A stretch of DNA of 64,000 nucleotides from Nitrosopumilus sp. (lineage in GTDB: Archaea; Thermoproteota; Nitrososphaeria; Nitrososphaerales; Nitrosopumilaceae). Below, one piece after another: positions 57,196 to 64,000 of this stretch. The translations under genes and the position numbers were made by a program. The notes beneath the pieces are model-generated. The model was not told the DNA's origin, made no database searches, and was given only the letters and a program-made list of their open reading frames with translations. The stretch spans positions 1,248,001-1,312,000 of the forward strand of contig OY763927.2 in the NCBI GenBank assembly GCA_963667665.2. Reading direction: 5' to 3'. Numbering within the stretch: position 1 is the stretch's first letter; the number at the start of each line of letters is the position of its first letter.

Positions 57196-57744
57196 TTAAT
57201 TGTGAGCGTGTGGTCCGCCACCACTAGATGGCATTACAACAAATGTTCCATCTGCTTTCTCGTGCCATTCTTGGTTAGCTGCTTCAATTCGAATAGCTCC
57301 TTGAGGACAGATTTCTTGACATGCCATACAAATCGTACAATCATGTTCTCGGATTGGTTGTGATTTGTCTGAAGCATCTAATCTTTCAGTTGCTTCTGTA
57401 AGACCAGTTCCTTCAAAGGTTGCATCAAGACAGTCTGCTGCCGGAATGTCTTTTTCGGTTCTATACCATTGAAAAGTTTGAACAGGACATACACCAAAGC
57501 ATTCACCTGCTGCAATACATGAATCCCAATCAACTGCGACTGTTGTTCCATGAATTCCTAAAGGAACCATTTTCTCTCCATGTTCTGCATAAGCTGCTTT
57601 TACATCCTCATTTGAGAATGCTTTGCCGTTTGGATCTCCTTTGCCCCAGATAAAGTGCTTATTTTCTCCATCTGAATGGCTAGTTTTTCCTACGGGCTTT
57701 ACGTCATTTGTACAAAAATCTTCTGGTATTACTAAATCTACCAT
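57196..57744 (-). CDS. Dicluster (7Fe, Zfx-like) ferredoxin
   Basis: [31 protein letters not shown] and CTICMACQEICP. Confidence 0.88.
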   Translation of the reverse strand: MVDLVIPEDFCTNDVKPVGKTSHSDGENKHFIWGKGDPNGKAFSNEDVKAAYAEHGEKMVPLGIHGTTVAVDWDSCIAAGECFGVCPVQTFQWYRTEKDIPAADCLDATFEGTGLTEATERLDASDKSQPIREHDCTICMACQEICPQGAIRIEAANQEWHEKADGTFVVMPSSGGGPHAHN

Positions 57745-57761
57745 ACTATAATGATTTGAGA

Positions 57762-57779
57762 ATATTATTTAAAGCTAGG
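57762..57779 (-). promoter_or_regulatory. BRE/TATA promoter of ferredoxin 1 (CCTAGCTTTAAATAATAT)
   Basis: Identical 18-mer at 58337-58354 before ferredoxin 2, at the same distance from the ATG. Confidence 0.65.
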
Positions 57780-57808
57780 GCAAAATTAGTTGTGACTAAA
57801 TCTTTTAT

Positions 57809-58327
<519 letters not shown>

Positions 58328-58336
58328 TCACAATAG

Positions 58337-58354
58337 ATATTATTTAAAGCTAGG
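58337..58354 (-). promoter_or_regulatory. BRE/TATA promoter of ferredoxin 2 (CCTAGCTTTAAATAATAT)
   Basis: Identical 18-mer to 57762-57779. Confidence 0.65.
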
Positions 58355-58443
58355 CCAAGATTGTTAGGAGTACCAGTCAGTAATAGATCAGTTATGTAGT
58401 AATTTCCTTACGTTCATAACGATCTACGATCAATTTCGTGGAT

Positions 58444-59109
58444 ATGGATATTTTCAAATTTGATGTGTATCGTGGACCAAACCTTGGAGTCTACATTAGT
58501 GTTAATGATAATACTATACTAGTTCCAATGGGTTATGCCAAATCAAAAGCAGAGAAACTTGAAAAATATCTTGATGCAGAGGTTTTATTCACATCAATTG
58601 CAAACACTAGACTAATTGGAATATTATCTGTAATGAATAACAAAGGAATCCTGCTTCCTAAAACTGCATATCAAGATGAATATGATTTTTTGAAAAAAGA
58701 GACTGGCTTGGAAATTGGTGTACTTGATTCAAAATTTACTGCATTAGGAAATGTAATTTGTGCAAATGATAAGGGTGCAGTTGTTTCTCCTTGGTTATCA
58801 AAAAATGATTGCCAGACAATTTCAGATGTACTAGGAGTTGAGGTAATTCAGAAAAGAATTGCAGGATTCAACCAAACAGGAGTAGTCATTGTAGCAAACA
58901 ATTCTGGTGCTGCAATCCATCCAGAAGCTGATGAAGAAGACATGAAGACATTCTCTAATTTGCTAGGCGTGAAAATAGAGCAGAGCTCAATTAATAATGG
59001 CACGCCCTATGTCTCATCTGGAATTCTTGCAAATAATCATGCTCTAGTTGTTGGGTCTCTAACTACGGGTCCTGAAATAATGATGTTAACTAGGGCTTTT
59101 CTAAATTAA
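58444..59109 (+). CDS. eif6: Translation initiation factor 6 (aIF6)
   Basis: PNLGVY, ALGNVICANDKGA and ANNHALVVGSLTTGPE. Confidence 0.93.
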   Translation: MDIFKFDVYRGPNLGVYISVNDNTILVPMGYAKSKAEKLEKYLDAEVLFTSIANTRLIGILSVMNNKGILLPKTAYQDEYDFLKKETGLEIGVLDSKFTALGNVICANDKGAVVSPWLSKNDCQTISDVLGVEVIQKRIAGFNQTGVVIVANNSGAAIHPEADEEDMKTFSNLLGVKIEQSSINNGTPYVSSGILANNHALVVGSLTTGPEIMMLTRAFLN

Positions 59110-60370
59110 GAATAGAGTTTGGATCTTCAGTTAGTTTCTCTAAAGAGATAACTCCTTCTGTTCCATCAATCATGTTTCTTAGTACGACATTTCCCTCTTC
59201 AAGTTCTTTTGGTCCAACAATAATTGAGAATCTAGCATTTGTTGCAATCTCCATCTGTTTTTTTAGATTACGTCCTGCCAAATCAATATCAGTTGGAATA
59301 TTTGCTAGTCTTAATAGTGATGTAATTGATAATGCAACTTTTTGCATCTCTTCATTAGTGTACAATACTGCAACTCTGCTTTGTTTTACATCAGGAATTA
59401 TTCCTTGCTCTTGCATTGTTAGTATCATTCTCTCTACTCCACCAGCAACTCCTGTTGCTCCAATGTCTTCTCTGCCAAATGCTTTAGTTAGTGAATCGTA
59501 TCTACCTCCACCAGCTAGAGCTCCTAGAGTTGAATTTTTATCAAATACTTCAAAGACAATACCAGAGTAATAGTCTAATCCTCTTACTATACCGAAATTA
59601 ATTCTAACATTTGAGACTCCGCGATTCTCTAGTGAATCAATTAATAATTTTAGTTCATCCCATGATTCTAGCTGTGATACATCAAATGCTTCTTCTACTT
59701 CTGAGATGGTTCCTTTAATTTGTGAGAACTCTAGAATCTTTTCTAATTTTTCTGTATCATATCGGTCTTTGAATTCTTGTATGATTTTGTCTTTGGATTT
59801 TTTTGCAATTTTATCTACTGCTCGCAGAATATCTGCTACTAGTGTTGAGTCTGTAGAATCAAAGATTTTGTTGATATAGGATTCTACGAGATTTCTATGA
59901 TTAACATCAATTGTGATATTTTTGAGTAATAGTGAATCAAATAGTCGAGATGTTAACTCTATAACTTCAGCCTCAGATTCTAAGGTTGGTTTTCCATAAA
60001 TTTCCAAATCCCACTGGTGAAAGTAGCGGTATCGTCCTTTTTGAGGCTCGTCATATCTGAACACTCCGCCATAGCTTGCAATTTTTGCTGGAAGCTTCAT
60101 TGATTTCTGATTAGCTGCGAATCGGGTTAGTCCAACTGTAAAGTCAAATCGTAACGCTACATCTCTATCTCCTTTATCTTTGAAATAGTAAATTTCATCT
60201 TTTATTCCAGGACCTGACTTTGTCTCTAATACTGATAGTAGCTCAATTGGGGATGGATCCATAAATGAAAACCCGTATAGGTTTGATAGTTGCTTGAAAT
60301 GATTCCTGATATGCTCAATGTTTGCAGTTTCTATACTTTCAAAGTCTTTCATTCCACGAGGTAGTTCCAT
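59090..60370 (-). CDS. hisS: Histidyl-tRNA synthetase
   Basis: PRGMKDF, LRFDFT, FRYDEPQKGRYR, VRGLDYYSG and GGGRYD; start at MELPRG. Confidence 0.96.
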   Translation of the reverse strand: MELPRGMKDFESIETANIEHIRNHFKQLSNLYGFSFMDPSPIELLSVLETKSGPGIKDEIYYFKDKGDRDVALRFDFTVGLTRFAANQKSMKLPAKIASYGGVFRYDEPQKGRYRYFHQWDLEIYGKPTLESEAEVIELTSRLFDSLLLKNITIDVNHRNLVESYINKIFDSTDSTLVADILRAVDKIAKKSKDKIIQEFKDRYDTEKLEKILEFSQIKGTISEVEEAFDVSQLESWDELKLLIDSLENRGVSNVRINFGIVRGLDYYSGIVFEVFDKNSTLGALAGGGRYDSLTKAFGREDIGATGVAGGVERMILTMQEQGIIPDVKQSRVAVLYTNEEMQKVALSITSLLRLANIPTDIDLAGRNLKKQMEIATNARFSIIVGPKELEEGNVVLRNMIDGTEGVISLEKLTEDPNSILNLEKP

Positions 60371-60437
60371 TGATAATCTGTTAGATGATTGTGATTTAGA
60401 TATTTCTGTAGAGCTAGGTAGTTTTTTTGCAGTATAA

Positions 60438-60872
60438 ATGAAAATTAAATTACTAGAGATGTCCATACAAAGTATGGACTATAACAGTCTGAATAGTAAT
60501 ATTTTAAAACTAAACCCAAAGGTTAGGTATGCTGGAATCTATCAAACCGGAAATGTGCAAATATGGGAAAAAATACAGAAAGGAATTACCAGACTATTTG
60601 ATAAGGAAAAAACCAATGACACTTTAATTCATGCATACATGAGATGGCGAACTCGTCAACATGATTCAGAAATAATTGGTCAACCAATGTATTCAATTAC
60701 AAAATATGCAAAAATTAATCGTCTAACAATTCCTGCAAATTCAAAGGCACTCTTAATGGTAAATACAGAATCAGATCTTGAAATTCATGAGATAGTTGGT
60801 GATATTATAAAACTAATTGGAAAATATTCTGATGATCCCGACTATACACCAAAAAAAGTGCATTTGGGATAA
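60438..60872 (+). CDS. Thaumarchaeal hypothetical protein (DUF6659/roadblock-like)
   Basis: ILKLNPKVRYAGI...IGQPMYSITKYAKINRLTIP...LMVNTE pattern; start may be 60474. Confidence 0.6.
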   Translation: MKIKLLEMSIQSMDYNSLNSNILKLNPKVRYAGIYQTGNVQIWEKIQKGITRLFDKEKTNDTLIHAYMRWRTRQHDSEIIGQPMYSITKYAKINRLTIPANSKALLMVNTESDLEIHEIVGDIIKLIGKYSDDPDYTPKKVHLG

Positions 60873-61064
60873 GATGATTGTCTAACAAAGACGTTTCTCA
60901 TAATTGATACAATAAAAAATGAGACGTTTTACGTCGTTATTTCTGGTAAATTTTGCATTAATCTATATGATGTCATGAATATTTGTTTAGTTTTTACTTT
61001 ATTATTAAATAATTTGAAATATTTTTTTTGCTTTGTTTAAATATTTTTTAAACATATTAGTTTC

Positions 61065-61124
61065 ATGGAAACTGCATATGTGCGTTCAACTCTTACTTTG
61101 ATGTGGATTCAGAGACAAAATTAG
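61065..61124 (+). pseudogene. Internally deleted remnant of a stand-alone Lrp/AsnC ligand-binding-domain gene
   Basis: Translates METAYV-RSTLTLMWIQRQN*; joins motifs matching the first (MAKAYV) and last (RSTLT) residues of the adjacent Lrp domain. Confidence 0.6.
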
Positions 61125-61131
61125 GAGAAAT

Positions 61132-61680
61132 ATGGCTAAAGCCTATGTCTTAATTGTAAATGAACCTGGAGCAGAAGATTCTATAATTTCTAATTTAAGT
61201 AAAATATCAAGTATTACAGATGCCCATAGAACATTTGGAACATATGACATACTAACCAAACTAGAATCTCATGATGAAGATATAATTCAAAATAATATTA
61301 CAAATGGAATTAGAAAAATTTCAAAGATTAGATCAACTTTAACAATACTGGTCGATAAAAAACCAGGAATCTTAAAGGTAAACGAAATTGAACAAAAAGT
61401 ATTAGATGAGCATACGGCTCAGGCGTATATTATCACTATTCATCGTGTAAAGACAGACGAACCTTACATAATGAAAAGATTACAAGAAATTCCTGAAGTG
61501 ATAGAAGCAGATTTCTTGATTGGATACTATGAGATGATTTGTAAGATTTCTGCTCCTTCATTCAATGACATTTCTGAAATTGTTAGTAGTAAGATTAGAA
61601 AGATTTCTGGAATAAAATCTACAATAACAGTTAATGTGATAAATAATCAGGGATTTAGTAGAAAACCATGTTCTAGGTAA
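61132..61680 (+). CDS. Tandem Lrp/AsnC ligand-binding (RAM) domain protein without an HTH
   Basis: Two copies of AY(V/I)...G.Y(D/E)...KI...IRKI..I.ST.T. Confidence 0.85.
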   Translation: MAKAYVLIVNEPGAEDSIISNLSKISSITDAHRTFGTYDILTKLESHDEDIIQNNITNGIRKISKIRSTLTILVDKKPGILKVNEIEQKVLDEHTAQAYIITIHRVKTDEPYIMKRLQEIPEVIEADFLIGYYEMICKISAPSFNDISEIVSSKIRKISGIKSTITVNVINNQGFSRKPCSR

Positions 61681-61836
61681 ATGCACAAAATGTTCTTGAA
61701 GAAGAATTGAAAATATTTGAATCTTCAATGCCGTAACTAAAAAAACGAGATACTCTCTATTAGTACCATGAAAATTTAACCCTCTAGGGGATTTCCTAAT
61801 TGATTCAATTCTTTAGAGGCTTGAACCATTCTTTTT

Positions 61837-61977
61837 TTAGAATCCTTCTTCGTCTGCATCAGGTTCTTTATTTATTTTCTCAAAAGTCATATCTGCTCTT
61901 TGGCATGATTCACATTTTTCCCACATACCAAATTCATTCCTATATTTTCCTGTTCCATCACATCTCAAACAGTTCAA
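61837..61977 (-). CDS. Small zinc-finger protein with a DnaJ-like CxxCxGxG motif (46 aa, not in ORF track)
   Basis: TTG start; hand translation MNCLRCDGTGKYRNEFGMWEKCESCQRADMTFEKINKEPDADEEGF*. Confidence 0.6.
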   Translation of the reverse strand: MNCLRCDGTGKYRNEFGMWEKCESCQRADMTFEKINKEPDADEEGF

Positions 61978-62091
61978 TTTGATTTAATTAGATTAGATTA
62001 GCATTAAGGTTTTCTAAGAATCTGATTTTTTTTGAATCTAGATGTTTGATTCTAAACTCTTTTTTTACAGTATAAAGTAGAAAATTTGTAT

Positions 62092-63117
62092 ATGTCTAGT
62101 GTAATAGTAAATGGAGTAATTCTCGCAATGGTATTTGTTTTGTTTATTCCAGTATCAGTATTTGCGCCATCTCATCCAGAGTATGTTGGATTTGATTCAC
62201 CAAGAAAGCAAGTAGCACAAGGTGTTTTGCCTTCAGCAGTTACTTGCAATGAAGGATTATCATTAATTGTAAAAAATAGTGGCACTCCTGCATGTGTTAA
62301 AGAATCCACTTTAGATAAACTTGAGAAACGTGGTTGGGGAGGAGTTCCTGGCCCTTGTTGCAAAAAGATGCATGAAGAAACTCAGACACTTCCTGATTAT
62401 CAAAAAAATGAAAACAACAATTCTGCAGTATTCTCTGTTGGGAAATTAAAAGTAGATGTAATGGATGTGAAATATTATCAAAACTCTATAGGATATCTTG
62501 CTGCACCTCAATTAGAAGGAGACTATCCTGGAATAATTATGATTCATGAATGGTGGGGACTAAATGATAACATCAAAGAGATGGCAGAAAAACTAGCATC
62601 GCATGGATATGTTGTATTAGCTGTAGACTTGTATGATGGAAATGTAGCAGTAACCTCTGAGCAAGCTCGTTCCTTGATTGGATCTTTTGAGAAACAATAT
62701 TGGATTGATAACATGAATGCTGCTACATCGTATCTTCAAGTAGAGTACTTGCCTGAAAAGATTGGATCTATTGGTTGGTGCTTTGGTGGCGGTCAATCAT
62801 TGAATCTTGCATTAAATAATGAGATGGATGCAACTATAATTTACTATGGAAATCTAGAAACACAATTAGATGTACTATCAGTAATTGATTGGCCAATCCT
62901 TGGAATTTTTGCAGGGTTAGATACAGGAATTCCACCTGAAACAGTTAATGAATTTGAATCAGCATTAGATGAGCTATCTATTCCAAATGAAATTTACATT
63001 TATCCTGATGTAAATCACGCATTTGCAAATCCATCGGGAGATAGATATGCACCTGAAGAGTCTAGTGATGCATGGAATAAGACTATAGAATTTCTAGAGA
63101 GCAATTTGAAGAATTAG
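62092..63117 (+). CDS. Exported dienelactone hydrolase family protein with an N-terminal Cys-containing module
   Basis: Signal/TM N-terminus; HEWWGLN, GWCFGG nucleophile, GLD and NHAFAN triad. Confidence 0.88.
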   Translation: MSSVIVNGVILAMVFVLFIPVSVFAPSHPEYVGFDSPRKQVAQGVLPSAVTCNEGLSLIVKNSGTPACVKESTLDKLEKRGWGGVPGPCCKKMHEETQTLPDYQKNENNNSAVFSVGKLKVDVMDVKYYQNSIGYLAAPQLEGDYPGIIMIHEWWGLNDNIKEMAEKLASHGYVVLAVDLYDGNVAVTSEQARSLIGSFEKQYWIDNMNAATSYLQVEYLPEKIGSIGWCFGGGQSLNLALNNEMDATIIYYGNLETQLDVLSVIDWPILGIFAGLDTGIPPETVNEFESALDELSIPNEIYIYPDVNHAFANPSGDRYAPEESSDAWNKTIEFLESNLKN

Positions 63118-63452
63118 TCTGATTAACTTTGATTTATTAATTAATTTAGAAAAATTTTATGTCGTACAATACCAATGCTTGAAATCGTACTATACGACTT
63201 GTAAAGGCTAGACTAATTTTATCTAGATTTATAACGCATGATCATTGGCGTGAATGATGTTTCAGAAAATAATCTGTCATCTTGAAAAATTATTCAAGTA
63301 TGTAGATAGACAAACTAACATCGGTTGATGTTTTATCGGGGGAAGCGTTTGTCTTCCCTCTGACCCTTTAGATTAAGTGAAGTAAAACTACCAAATTGGG
63401 GATAAAAATGAAGGATTATAACAGATCCATATTTTTTTATTTATACTCTCAT

Positions 63453-63692
63453 TCACAATGAAGTAGGGTATTTTTTGTAAATAGATTTGTAGATGGTTCC
63501 TTTTGTATACTCTATTCCATGTTCATTATTCATGTATTCACAATAAGCATCAACTACTTGATCAATTACTCCTTCCATAAAATAATCACAATCAAAACCA
63601 TAATCATCACACCTAATGTTTACAATTTTAGAGATTACCTTGTCACCTTGTATAGTGGATACGTTACTAGTGTCTACGGATAATTCTGCCAA
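63453..63692 (-). CDS. DUF1059-family small protein (second copy, start uncertain)
   Basis: CDDYGFDCDY...EHGIEY, similar to 32602-32769. Confidence 0.6.
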   Translation of the reverse strand: MAELSVDTSNVSTIQGDKVISKIVNIRCDDYGFDCDYFMEGVIDQVVDAYCEYMNNEHGIEYTKGTIYKSIYKKYPTSL

Positions 63693-63868
63693 CTAATTTG
63701 GTACGTGATGGATTGATTTAAAGATGATCAAAAGTATGTAAGTATGAAAAAAATATAATATATTTTAATAAAAATACACAAAAACTGTAAAAAATAGTCT
63801 AGATGATCCGAAATTAGTTCTACATTGTTTACTGAAATTCTTAATTCTTAGTTTGCTTTGAATGTATT

Positions 63869-63979
63869 ATGGCTTTTACTAGATGTGGCAAATGTGGCGA
63901 ACTTCGATTTGATACAAAAATTAATCTTTGTGCAAATTGTGGCTATAGAATTACAAGGACTGCAAAGTCATTTGAGTGA
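63869..63979 (+). CDS. Tiny zinc-ribbon protein (36 aa, L37e-like Cys spacing; not in ORF track)
   Basis: Hand translation MAFTRCGKCGELRFDTKINLCANCGYRITRTAKSFE*. Confidence 0.6.
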   Translation: MAFTRCGKCGELRFDTKINLCANCGYRITRTAKSFE

Positions 63980-64000
63980 TGAAGGAATTTTGATAGTGAA

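Noticed and set aside
61034-61054. TGTTTAA-N7-TTAAACA inverted repeat upstream of the Lrp locus
   Set aside because: Almost all A/T in a very AT-rich spacer and overlapping the probable TATA box; chance occurrence is likely
63120-63450. Intergenic region with short inverted repeats (GTCGTA/TACGAC; GGGAAG/CTTCCC) as an ncRNA or MITE
   Set aside because: Stems are only 6-7 bp, with no terminal inverted repeats plus target duplication and no second copy in the window

Overview
AT-rich, gene-dense chromosomal segment of an ammonia-oxidising archaeon (Nitrososphaeria/Thaumarchaeota, Nitrosopumilus-like). This placement is inferred from the 3HP/4HB acyl-CoA carboxylase genes, an 11-subunit complex I in nuoABCDHIJKMLN order, the gins-mcm-hel308 operon, TFB, Alba, aIF6 and an unlinked 5S rRNA. 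The content is almost entirely core: pentose-phosphate enzymes, complex I and II, carbon fixation, replication and translation factors, six tRNAs (one with a T-loop intron) and a 5S rRNA. I see no mobile element or CRISPR array. Main oddities: (1) nine GATC sites in 95 bp of non-coding DNA between the divergent gins-mcm-hel308 and rfcS replication genes, a candidate methylation-sensitive or structured-RNA switch; (2) an Alba gene carrying a ~2-kb in-frame tandem repeat (52 x 36 bp + 4 x 27 bp) that encodes a very long acidic Ser/Thr-rich N-terminal tail; (3) several diverged or unusual enzymes (HemA without its catalytic Cys, a LarA-like protein without cofactor ligands, a cryptic isoprenoid-synthase-fold protein, a CADD-type protein); (4) a 24-bp perfect palindrome at padR/sdh, a promoter element shared by two ferredoxins and alba, and several tiny zinc-finger ORFs plus an Lrp remnant missing from the ORF track. 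All calls come from reading the sequence and recognising motifs; no searches were run.
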